Source: Marsupella aquatica
Lineage: Eukaryota; Plantae; Marchantiophyta
Assembly (NCBI GenBank): GCA_973895155.1
Contig: OZ316898.1
Coordinates: forward strand, 18,983,292-19,047,291
Length of the DNA stretch: 64,000 nt
Reading direction: 5' to 3'
In this document: piece after piece, positions 38,280 to 50,030 of the stretch
How the letters are laid out: the number at the start of each line of letters is the position of its first letter
How positions within the stretch are numbered: the stretch's first letter is position 1
The notes under the pieces: model-generated
Seen by the model: only the letters and a program-made list of their open reading frames with translations
Told to the model about the DNA's origin: nothing
Database searches by the model: none
Position numbers and translations under genes: made by a program

Positions 38280-38440
38280 TTGGGTGACCTAGAGCAATAG
38301 AGGGTGCCATGGAGACAGAGCATATGTGACAAGGCATAATGTTTGGATGTGAAGGGTCAGACACGGGGTGACCTAGGGAAACAGGGGGTGCCATGGTGAT
38401 AGAGCATATGTGACAAGGCATAATGTTTAGATGTGAGCTT
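38280..38440 (-). repeat. Two copies of an ~85-bp unit related to the 20188-20630 minisatellite
   Basis: gggtgacctag...ggtgccatgg...agagcatatgtgacaaggcataatgttt(g/a)gatgtga occurs twice; the reverse complement matches cacatc(c/t)aaacattatgccttg(c/t)cacatatgct. Confidence 0.85.
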
Positions 38441-38559
38441 CACATAGCTTCACATAGGACTTTCCATAGTAGGCTTCTCTCCAGTTTTCTTAAGGCTGCC
38501 TAAGCTTTGATCTCGGAGACCCTGATTAGAAATTGTAGAACACAAATGTTCCAAGATTC

Positions 38560-39070
38560 TCCATAGTAAGTTTCTTTCCATTTGTCCTTACATTGCCTTC
38601 CAATCAAAGCAGACTTCCGCAGCAAAATCATGTCTAAGGATCCTCAATGGCTCCTGATGTCACACTCAGCAAGGCTATATGCAATGACAATCAAGTCATC
38701 TTCCAGATATTGTGAAGGTCCACAACATATTCTAAAGGACTTTAATTAGCACCTATCAAGCTAACCTGAGGTCTAGAAGAAAAAAATCTGACCTCAACTC
38801 AACAAATTTGTCACGGTCTACACTAGTTTCTGTAGGACTTTCTCACCTCTCAAGCTATCCTGAGTTACCAAGACTAGCCTCTGGACTCACTTCTTGGGAG
38901 GGGGTACTTCATCTGGCTCAGGTTTCTTTTTATTTTTCTTCAACTTTTTCTTTTCGGCTGCTTCTTTCTTCTTGTTGTCTTCATCTATTAGTTCTTGTCT
39001 ATATGCTCGATTCAACTCATGGACAATATAGTGTGATTCATTCTTTTTGAACATACTCTGCCAAATCACA
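38560..39070 (-). pseudogene. Decayed Myb/SANT-like (trihelix or Harbinger ORF1-like) fragment
   Basis: Minus strand near 38575-38605 reads IGRQCKDKWKE, downstream of a lysine-rich segment (38887-39069); stops lie between them. Confidence 0.3.
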
Positions 39071-39961
39071 AGTTTAGAAAGTTCAGTAAGGACTGACTCT
39101 TCATTCCACCATCTATCAAGTTGATTTCCAATTATGCAAGAGACCCCTAGATGTGGTATTAAGAACCCTTGTGACTTTTCAATGTCAAACCTTCTTTGTG
39201 GGAGGTGAATCTGCTATGCCCATTTCAAGACACATAAACCACAAACATGCTTCAAGAAAGTCTTGGAGTGATTTTGGTTTTTGTAGCTATGAAAACAAAC
39301 CAAGAAACTCAGGGCAGTAAAATCTCTCATGACACAATCTCCTTGCCCTACATTGGACACTAGTATATCTCCCTTGTGTAACTCATATTAAAAACTTTTC
39401 AAGCACTTGCACTTACGACGTGCTCCCTCTAGGGTTTAACTTAGTGTATAACCCACATGCGATCCGAGCCTCATGTAAATACTCCTATTTTATAAAGAGA
39501 AGATTCTAGAATTTTTTCATAATTTTCAATATTAATGACCTATTTTATTTCATCAAAGGTATATGTTAGAGACTATTTAATAAATTTCAATTTATAATAC
39601 CGCCTTTTGCCTCCTATGTTTTCATTTTTTCCTAGTTTCTATCAAGCATATATATTTTTGTTTGCATGTGTTTCCTACAGTTTTTGGTAGTCAACCTCCC
39701 TCCCCCCCAACACACATGAGCAAGCTCTATGCATTATGATGACTACCAAAATTGTGGGCATGTTGCCAACTAATGTAGAGTGACAACTTGAAGATTGCAT
39801 GTTTCAGAAGAGTACTCTCCAATTAGTATCCCTTGGAGCTCATATAATTACTTGTATCTTAAAAAAAATCATTAGCACATGTACCAACAACATTATTCAG
39901 AACAATGGAAGCAAAGCTTTTAATATTCTCTATGATTGAGGAAAATATCATGGGGAACAAT

Positions 39962-41226
39962 CTTACTTTAAAAGCATGAACAAAGTCTGCTCTTAAGGGC
40001 CTAGGGTCTAGAGTGAAGCCTCTAGACAGTAACCCTTAATACAGATAAATCTTACTATCTTACTACAAAGCGTGAACAAAGTCTACTCTTCAGGGCCTTG
40101 GGTCTAGAGAGAAGCCTCTAGACCGTAACCCTTAATACAGACAAAAGTGAAAAAAACATTAAATAAGAATAGACAAAACTGAAATGAGGGTGGACGAAAA
40201 ACAAGGATGGGACAAAAACTAGCTGAAATGACATGGAGATTTTATTATGCAAGATTATTTTTCTTCATATCTATTTACGTTCAAGGAACGAGTAATCGGG
40301 CTAGTTATATAGAACAGGAATCACTTAAAAAGCTACAACCTCAACAATGTTGCAGTTGTTTACCGATGCTTGAGAAAAACCCAACTAGGAGACACACTGA
40401 AATACAATTGATCACATAATTATTGAACAATACTATTTTCCCTTGTTTGCCTTCATTTGGTTCAAGCCTTGAATCAAGGAGACGAAGAATAAGTGTATTC
40501 CTTCAATATTGTAATGAGCATCAACTTATCTTTTGTATACATTCATGAACAAATAATTGATGACCACAGGTTACCTTGTTGTAGTCATTAACATCCCTCC
40601 ATATGTGATCGGAGTCAGCACACTTTGAATACCTGCGATGGTTGTGAGAGCCAAGTAAGCCTTGCGTGGTCTTTCTAATCCAACTTAACATCTCACTGCT
40701 GAAGTACTGGCAGATTAGGGCTCTGGTTGCAACAAATGATAACAAAACCTCACATCTTTTGTCAGTTTAGATGCTTTGATAACACTCAATTCCAAGTTAC
40801 TAGCTACCATGGAATGTACTTTAGGATGGGTTTATTATAACCATGGTAGTGCTTGTACCCCTTCAGATCTTTCTCTAGTGGTGCACGGAAACCCTCTTTG
40901 TATTCAACCCAAATCACTCCTGTGTCCATTTCACCATTCTTGAGATATCTGGCATGACCAGTCACACTAAATGTTGGATGGAGGAAAGGTACATATACTT
41001 ACACATCTCTACTTTAAACAGTGATTTCTTAGAAAATTACTTTCATTAAGTGACTTTCATTTAGTAATTATAGCTACTAGCCTGGCGCCTGTCATTTGGA
41101 CATCCATAATAAATTGGTGAGAACAAGGTGAAGCTCATCTCATTCTTCACCCCATCAATAGTACATTTCTGCCCCTGCCTGGCTAGAGTCACGGTCTAGA
41201 GGCTTCACTCCAGACCATTCCCCTTA
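39962..41226. mobile_element. Non-autonomous TIR element (Harbinger/Tourist-like?) whose left end is tandemly duplicated
   Basis: ggtctagag(t/a)gaagcctctagac at ~40005 and ~40101 within two ~95-bp tandem units, and its reverse complement at ~41193-41216; ends GGG(C)...CCC next to TAA/TTA. Confidence 0.5.
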
Positions 41227-44200
41227 TTCTAGCGTCTCTTTGTGATTACATAGTTAGCATGTGTTGTTAAGACCTTTGTCATTTACCCTTCTTCATTTAA
41301 TAGTTATGGCATTTGTGCTCGATCTCTTCCCTCGTGGAGTGTAAAGTAGACTTCAAAGCTGATAAAAACAAGACAGCTTTGACAATTATGTAGAAAACAA
41401 CCAAGGGTGATACCCACCTTACTCTTTGCCTTCAAATTTGTCAAATGTGCAGACGCATGACCTTACTAAAGGTCACTTGTTTGTTAGCAAAAGTGCTAAA
41501 TCTTGTTTCAATTGAAGAGTAGGAAAGAATTCAAAGGTTAATGTGAGGCTGGCTAGGGGATGGTCACTAATTTGGAACAAGAAAACATATGCAATGAGTG
41601 CCAGGGCATGAAACCTTGTGATCTGGGCTTTCAACCTATCCAAGATTAGTGTGTTGTATAATCCATGTAACATTGTAATACTGATATAAAGAAACAAGGC
41701 AATGAAGAATTTGAGCTTCATCCCTAAGCTAGTTGCCTAGCTATGTCTTGCAAAACACCAATAGGGAGTGAAAGATCATTACTTACTTCACACCCAATAC
41801 CGTCCCAACCAAACCAAGATTTGTGAAAATAAGATCCTTTGCCTGCATATCCAAGCATATCTGGCTCCTTAAATGATTAATTTATACTAATATAGTGTAG
41901 TGGTTCATATTTGGTCACTCCCAATTGTTTGTTCTAAAGTTTCCTCCAATGTTCTTTGAAATTCTTTAACTCCTGCTCATGTACATTGAGAAGGAGCACA
42001 TGATAATGAAACATCAAGCCATCTAATGTTTGCTCAATGTTTTTCTTGGAATTAAATGGATTTTATAAGTAGGCCTCATGACAAGTGTAGTTCCTTGGCC
42101 AATACATCTCCACACTGATCCTAGCTTCTTCACAAGTTTATTTTGGATTCCTCTTAACTAAGACAGGCCTCCTAAGGAATTGAGAAAACCAGTGGGTATC
42201 TATGCACTTTACATCATACCTTTATTCCAAGGCCAAAGGGCTTGAAGTCCGCTTCGCCAGTAAAAAACGCTGGGTCTTTGCTCTTTTTGGGCATCTTGCT
42301 TGATTAAAACCCCTATCAGTTACTCATAGGATCCCTTGAGCAAGTTTACACAACAATGGAATTTACTAGATATGGAATCCCTGATTATGATAGCACAAGA
42401 AAGATGGGTACTAGTTGTGAATTGAACATACTCCTATTCTTTGCATTCAGAGGAGTCAGATTTTGTGGTATTCCTCACGACTACATTTGCTCGAATTGGA
42501 TGCCCCTGATATTCCAAAATTGAAAATAGAGTTCACCATCGTAGGGATTGGAAATGAATCAGATCGGACATCTCATAGTATCAGGGATCAGGCCTATTTG
42601 CATCAGGAAGCCTTCATTTTCTCGTTCTTTCCTTCTCTTTCATTCTTTGTCTGAATCGATTGCTTTACTTGTCAGTGAAGTAAACTCCAGTACAAAGAGG
42701 GAAGGCATGCACAACCCACATGCTGTCCCATACAAATACAAATCACATCCAGACTTGTCCAAAAAAGGGAAATCAGGTATAGACTACCACCTATTAAAAG
42801 AACTGCCAATTCAAGAATTCCCTTGCTGCAAACAGAAGTAACATATTGGATCTGATGAGCTCAGCTCTCTCTTTGAAATATCAGTCTCATATCCATCCAC
42901 CTCTAATTTTATTAATTGATACCTTTAGAGCTTAGGTGTGAAGCAACCTCCAATGCAAACGGACTTACAGGGGACTTTACAAGAGCTAGTTAGAGGTCAC
43001 TTGGAAGATTTTGCCTACAGATGTCATCACAACCCTTCATATCAAGTAATTGATCCACTTGGACTTTATATGAAATTGAGATATCATTTGTACTAGACTT
43101 CTCCCAGTCCTACATGGACCAGAGTGGGTCCCCCAAAATGCTGATGTGTGCAGTATAGTTTGGCCAAAGTTTAAGTTTAAACCACCTATGGAGGTGGTAT
43201 TTTGAAGTGTCCTCTCAGTCAGCCCATTCTCATTCTGTCAGGCCAGTATTAAAAGCACTACCTGAAAACCTTGTTGGTAAGGAGACACTTTATTAATCAG
43301 GTATGGTAAGACACAAGATGTGACCTTGTTTTTTGTCCTCTACTTTAAGTTTAAAGCCCCCCTTGAGTCTTCTACACATCTTGTATATAAGTGATCTTTC
43401 CCGGACTTCCCATTATAACTCTTTGAGTGACAATCAGCCATTTTTGGTTGTCCTTAGAAATTTGTCAAGGTGATGACTAGCCTTAGAAGAGGGCACAAAC
43501 CCTACAGTATGAAAGGCATCTAGCCTCTTTAATTATGGGGTTTGGATAGTCAATTGTCCAGTACTTTCTGGCATATGTACACACTATTTTCTGGCAAATC
43601 CTTCCCCACTATGCATTTGATGGTGGCAAATGGCATGGATTTTCTCCAATTTTAGCCTGAGTATCATTTGCCACTCCTGTTAAAGATAAGTTCTTGGAGA
43701 GCCCACAGAACATAGTGACAAGTAAAATGGTCTCATGATTCTCCTTTGACTCATTGGATACATGACCACAGTGAGAGTAGATAACAATGATCCTAGGATT
43801 CTGTGTGCAGTTTGATCTAGAACTTGTAGATGTTGCGATTGTTTTGGTCTTTCAACAGAGTATTACATCTTAGCATAGTGTACCACAGGAAGACAGTTCA
43901 AGTTTGAGAATATTTTTGTAATGCAGTAGGTCCCCAAATCCCAAACGTTTTTGTGATCAAATTTGTTTGACTAGGATGTCCAGAAAGGTAATGTAAATAA
44001 TCCACAAGGCTATTTCCCCATGTATGCTGATACATATCACACTCAGGGGAATATTAAATTATGGATTCATGAAAATCACCCCACGATTGAATAACGTCCT
44101 TCAAGCATGATAGTCAGTTCCCACATTTAATTTACAGCATATTTTGGAACGCATCTGAGCACTAAGATATTTGTGGAGATTCCTTGGGAGAATGACATGA

Positions 44201-46886
44201 GGACATCGGTTCTAAGTATGTGTAGCGAGCCTTTTTCCTGGATTTGCACACTTGAATGAGCAAAGTGGCATTAAAAAATGAGATTCATGCATGCTATGTA
44301 TATTTAAATGATCTGAACCTTGGTTCTAATTTAAGGTTAGGATCACCTGGGCTAATTTCCTAGAATAGTATCGTGTGATGTTTTGGGTGTTTAGATTCCA
44401 CATGGCCCCATCTTATGGTGTTGGGCACAATTAACACTAAAGTATAATTAGGTGTCTTGAGTAATTCTCCCAAGAAATCCCTCCAATAACCTTTGGAATA
44501 ATATTTGGAAAAATGGGCCCTCAACTTATATTATCATTCTCAACAAAAGAGTGAATAGATACGGAGCCACATATAAAGGGCACATATTCAAAAGTGTCCA
44601 GCGCTTTAACCTTACATTCTTTTGGCCTGGATTCGTTTTATTGTTAAACTTTGTCACAAGCTTGGTCACAGGGCTGGCTTGATCTTTCTCCTAATTTCAA
44701 TAGAATTGTCTAAGATAATTAAATAAACCTCTACCAGGATCTAGGCTTAAACAACAAATTATGTCAAATGCAGACAATAATTGTGTGGTAATAGAAATGA
44801 TGGAGTGCACATTAATTAGCATTCACTCTCTGAGATGGGTCTCAAAGTAACTAAAGTGAAACAGGACTTGTGGCCAATCACAAAAGAATGATGGAAGATG
44901 TAGACTTTCCAAAAGGTATAAAATATTAGAACATTGTATTTTTCCTGTGAGAGGTGGTCAAGATGGATTTAGGGCATCCTACCCCCAAAAAATTGAAGCC
45001 CTTTGCCTCACAAAATTGATACTAGACTTTCTTTTTGGACATTGAACTACTTACAATAATAAGGACCAAAGTTAGAACAATTTGCCTGATTGGAACAGAA
45101 AAATTGGGTAAGATTTGCATAGAACCAAAACCCTTCTTCTACTCAAATTAGCTCTACGTATACCAAGGGTACATGATGGATCTTTGAGAATGGATGGCAA
45201 TACTACAGAAAGATTGTCAATTGTGAACTTCCACCGTTGCAATCTCCTTCTCAGTTACTCTTATCCATAACCGGCCATAACTTATCATTGTTTCATATCT
45301 CAAGTTTACAACAGAAGTATGTTGTATTGTTCTGATGTTGTGTCCATTAACAATATTAATATTTTGAACAATTCACCAAGATCCTTTGCATGAATGGTCC
45401 ACTGATCTAAGATTGTTGGTACAGCCTTCCAGGATAATTAGTCTTTTTGGTGGCACTCCTACTTTTCCTTGAGTGCCCTCTTTATCACATTGTTTGGCGA
45501 TCGGTCACATCCCTTCCCTTCATAATTTAACCATTCATCAATCTTTACCACAGATCTCTAAATGTCTTTTCACTTCACTAAAGTTTAGTTGCTCCAACTC
45601 CCTAATTAGCTGTGTGCGTGAAACCCCCAGATAAGGTTAAAAAAAAGCTTGAGGAGTTGTACTATACAATTTTCTTCAATATTTAGTCCATGATTCATGT
45701 CCATAAGCATAAGGACAATTGCATTCATGATGTAAGGTTCAACAGTTTTATGGAAGATGATATGATATGTTGTATATGATATGATGACATGAGTTGCAAA
45801 GCTTTTTTTCTCTTGCAATGATAGAAGTTTCCACTAAACTTAGATTTCCTTGGAATGAAGTTTAATTTGGTTTGAGTGTGCATGAACCCAAAGACTCACA
45901 ATAAGCCATGGTATCAAACTAGGTCACAATGTGGTAGTTATTACAAGACAAATGGGCCATGACTGGATACATTTCACTTGTTACATCAGTGACTGAATCC
46001 AAATCAATTACCTCCCATGAATGCCCAGTGCCCTCAAAGGTAATATAAAAAATATGTTTTCTCCTCATGCATGGAGGTGGGTGCCCTAAAAGCAAAGGGG
46101 AAACCATAGCTTGCACCCAGGAAAGGGAAATCAGGAATTTAAAAAAGAAATGCAAGCAATAACATTAATGAATCCAAACTCATGATTTGGCATCAATACA
46201 AACTGCTCATACACCCATCAATGTTTAGTGATAAAAAAATTGCTAGTACAGTAAGTTGACATCAAGATTAGAATATTGAATCTTATAGGAGAGCCAGACA
46301 GAGTATCTAGACCAATGGGCATGGAGCTTAATCCTTCAAAGCTTAAAACCCTGATCTAATCATAGTTTGTTGATGGCTGAAGATTTAATCTCTAACTAGG
46401 CTGTCTAATTTGTCGTCTTTGCTCTTTACACTTGTAATATGCCTCATTTAGCCCAGAATATATGTGGGAGAGTGGTTTGTCTTCTTTTCCTCAAAAGTGA
46501 TGATCATCATCAGTGGAATTTACTGAGCAAATTTCAAAGTGTGACAGGTGAACTTTGTATAGATCAATTGTCATAGGCATGAAATATCTCCCAAATTCAG
46601 AATGTCTATTACCAGATTGAGATTGGACATGTCCCCTTAGAGAATACTTGCATCATAACATGTTTTGAGAGTATCTCCATGGCGCCTCTTTTCATGCCTC
46701 TTTAGATCAGTATTGGCAGGCCATTAAGTTGGATGAGTTTGAGGAAATTGAAGCTCAGGACCCTGGATAGGTAAGGAGGTATAGTAAGGAGGCTCTCCCC
46801 TGAAAGTCTCCAGGTCGACATCTCAAAGCCACACACTCTGAAAGCCGCACCTACAGGCTCTTTATTGCCACGGTCCATCCACAGCC

Positions 46887-47726
46887 ATGAGTAGGAATGC
46901 TAAGCACGGTAAGGAGAAAAAACCTCCAAGTCATAGTCCTACAAGGTCCCCAAAGCAAAATCAAAGCCCTCCTCACAATTTTGAGGCAATGAGAAGTGTA
47001 GTGCCAAAGAGCTTATTTGGAATGTACCTCTCAGGGGATTCTGGTGACCCTACCAGGTTACATGTTGCCATAATGGAGGGTGATATCAAATCTGTAAAAG
47101 GCATTTTAAGGAAAGATAAAGATCTAATTTGTATTCGAGATAAGAATGGGCGCATTGCACTCCATTGGGCAGTGGTGTTAGGCACCCACAAAATCACAAA
47201 GTTCATCCTCAAAAACACATCATGGTGGTATTTGGACCGATGTGACTACAACGGATGCACCCCCCTCCATTATGCGGCACAAGCGGGAAGGAGTGATGCA
47301 ACCAGGATGTTGTTAAATAGAGGAGCTTATGCAAATGCACGGGACAATCGCAATAGGACCCCTTTGCACTATGCTGCTCTGGTGGGAAATGCCTTTATTA
47401 TTCAGAAAGTGGTTGAACACAAGGGAAACTTGTGGTTGGAGGATAAGGATGGTAATCTTCCAATCGACTTGACCGAGAATCCTGATGTGATTGCTCTTGT
47501 GCAAAGGCTCATGAAGCCCAAGTTTTCTTGCTTAAGACTGTGCTTTCCCAAACGAGTTGAAAAGAAGGGTACTAAGTTGAGTTACGATGATAAGTTCCCT
47601 TACATCCATAAGGCCAACAAAGTTAAGAGGTGCTTGCCCAAAGACATGTTGAAAGACATGATGGTTGCTGATGCAAAGAGGAATAAACACGGCCTTGAGC
47701 ATAAAGAAGTTTCACACCCAAAATAA
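46887..47726 (+). CDS. Intronless ankyrin-repeat protein, 279 aa, ~4 ANK repeats
   Basis: TRLHVAIMEG, GRIALHWAVVLG, GCTPLHYAAQAG...LLNRGA, NRTPLHYAALVG, DKDGNLPIDL; good start context gccATGA. Confidence 0.88.
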   Translation: MSRNAKHGKEKKPPSHSPTRSPKQNQSPPHNFEAMRSVVPKSLFGMYLSGDSGDPTRLHVAIMEGDIKSVKGILRKDKDLICIRDKNGRIALHWAVVLGTHKITKFILKNTSWWYLDRCDYNGCTPLHYAAQAGRSDATRMLLNRGAYANARDNRNRTPLHYAALVGNAFIIQKVVEHKGNLWLEDKDGNLPIDLTENPDVIALVQRLMKPKFSCLRLCFPKRVEKKGTKLSYDDKFPYIHKANKVKRCLPKDMLKDMMVADAKRNKHGLEHKEVSHPK

Positions 47727-48533
47727 TGTCACAGGTACCGAGATGACATTGGAAACTCTGTTAGTAGTGAAATGAAAAAAGACTATGAATTTGTTAAAGT
47801 GATACCCCTTTGGGTGATCAATTGAATAGTTGAATGCAGCTGAACATATACTAAGTTGATTTTATGTAACCTTATCAACTTTCAACTAAGCAGCTCTAAA
47901 TCAACCATGTGATAATGACTGTTCTAATTTTGAAACTCCTAACCCCATAAAATTGTCAGAAAGTCTCCTTGCAATAAATTAAAAACTATACTTTTTGCAT
48001 GTGGTGGTCCTCTAGCATGGAAGTGAGCCTCCTACCCTAAAAACCTTAGCTACATCACCTTCCAATCTTCTACCATCACTATCACCTTGAATATAATGAG
48101 AAATTATAGCTACATTACAACAGATGACTATATGGATTGGGACAAGTAAAGAAGGTGGACCCTGGGTATCCCAAGGGAGGTCGAGACCAGACATACATGT
48201 GAAGTGAGCTAAGAAAGAGATAAAAAAACTGGTAGTTCAGATCGATCTCATGTGAGTTCTTGACTTCTATTGGGCTAAAGAGCTTCATTCCATTTGCTCC
48301 CCACCCTGAACCCCTGGAATCTTATGATCTATGGATGGCTCCATTGAAGACCACTCATCACTAAGGGGTGCTGCAATGTTTTCAATGGTTAGGATGTGTT
48401 TGGAGATGTGCTCGGGGATGTGTACTGATGAGTTGGGCCACAAGCCTGCACATCTAATATGGCTCATGAAGTATATCCCCCCTCACTCATCAGAGAAAGA
48501 CATACAACATCTAAAGGTGAATGACTGCCTGAT

Positions 48534-48712
48534 AAGAGTTCAAGCCTGAAGCCAGAATATAAATTTCCACTACCAAATCCAAACAAATTCTCGCTCAGGT
48601 TCCCCTTGGAATATAGTTCCTCGGGCGTTGCTCCCCTTTACCCAAAAAAAAGAAAAGAAAAGAGTTCAAGCCTGAAGCCAGAATATAACATTCCAATACC
48701 AAATCTAAACAA
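48534..48712 (+). mobile_element. Short poly(A)-ended insert flanked by an ~52-bp direct duplication
   Basis: aagagttcaagcctgaagccagaatataa...taccaaatc(c/t)aaacaa at 48534-48586 and 48660-48712, around an insert ending cccctttacccaaaaaaaagaaaagaaa. Confidence 0.5.
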
Positions 48713-49659
48713 TCTGGTTCTTAGCTGGATTACTATCCAAGATGAGAAGATTGAAGTAAAAACCCCTGGATAGATTAATCACAACCTTTTGGTGCCACAA
48801 TAATTTTCCTGAGAATTTCATAAACTCTGCCTGGTTTCACCATCAGATGGTCACCCACATTTTCTACCCTAGCCACAACACGGTTGGGTCTCTTACTTTG
48901 CTCCCGCCCCAACTCGCTCTACCCACCTGGTTGGCTGCTCCACTCCCCCAATTCCCGGGTCAAGGGTGGACCAGAGTGTTGAGGTTAAGTTGAGGATGAC
49001 GACCACCCTCCGATGATGAAAACTGGGAGGATGTTGTCCGTTGGATCATTCCATCCTAAATAGAGTTACGTTACTTACCCAACAAACAAAGAAGGTGGCA
49101 ACCTGGCAGTCAAGCTAAAAATAGTGGCAATGGGAAAACGTGACAACCTAGTAATGAGACTGAAAACATTGAATATATATATAGAGGGGAACTCCAAACC
49201 ATGAGCGAAAATATTCATTCAAGAGGTCCATTTCCTTCTTCTTGGAGTTCCCTTTGGCAACGGTGGAATGGAGAGTGAGAAGAGAGTGAAGTCGAGATTA
49301 GTGAATCATCGTCCCTTTAATTGAGTCATCATCATCCGATCATCGAGAATGATCTGTCGAGGAAAGTGTGGAGAGAAGAAAGGAGGAGTTTGGATCGGAC
49401 TGGACGCAAGCACAGCAGCAGCAGGAGCAGCAGCGATTTCTGCATGATCGGCGGTGCTGGTGTTGTTATTATGCACTCTCTCTTCTTCTGTAGGGTAGGA
49501 GGAGGAGAAGGCCTGGCGCATCACCACCAGCAAAAAAGGAAGAAGCGGAGACGAAGCCAGGCTTGGCATCAACCACAACAGCAAGAAACTCCTTCCAGCA
49601 GCACCAGATCGAGGAAATTGAGCCCAACGGAAGATTAGGGAAGGCTCTGCACTAAGAAA

Positions 49660-49830
49660 GAACGAGAGGAGAGGAGAGGAGAGGAGAGGAGAGGAGAGGA
49701 GAGGAGGAGGAGAAGAGGGGAGAATTCTAGGGCTCCAGAGAAGAGAGGAGAAGAGAGAGGAGAGTGGAGAATTACAGCGCTCTACAGAAGAGAAGAGAAG
49801 AGAAGAGAAGAAAGGAGTAGGAAAAGAGAG
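49660..49830 (+). repeat. (GAGAG)n / GA-rich tract in the PUX leader
   Basis: gagaggagaggagagg... run; a tatatatata element lies upstream at ~49174. Confidence 0.9.
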
Positions 49831-50030
49831 GAGAATTCTAGAAGGGTTGTGACTTGGAGAACAAGTTTGGGACGGTTCTGGAAGGCGGCGTTGGGGGGTA
49901 GAGGAGAGATTCGGAAGCGGGAATCTGTCATAGTGCATTTGTTGCAGGCAGAGTGTTTCAGGAGAGGTCATTTGTGACCCCCGAAGTTCTGAATTTCTCT
50001 GAAGAAGGAGACGAATTGGAGGGGTGGGGA

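Noticed and set aside
49184-49258. miR395/miR399-like hairpin or target mimic
   Set aside because: Only ~11-13 bp pair and the rest does not match the mature sequences; I saw no IPS1-type bulged miR399 site in the window.
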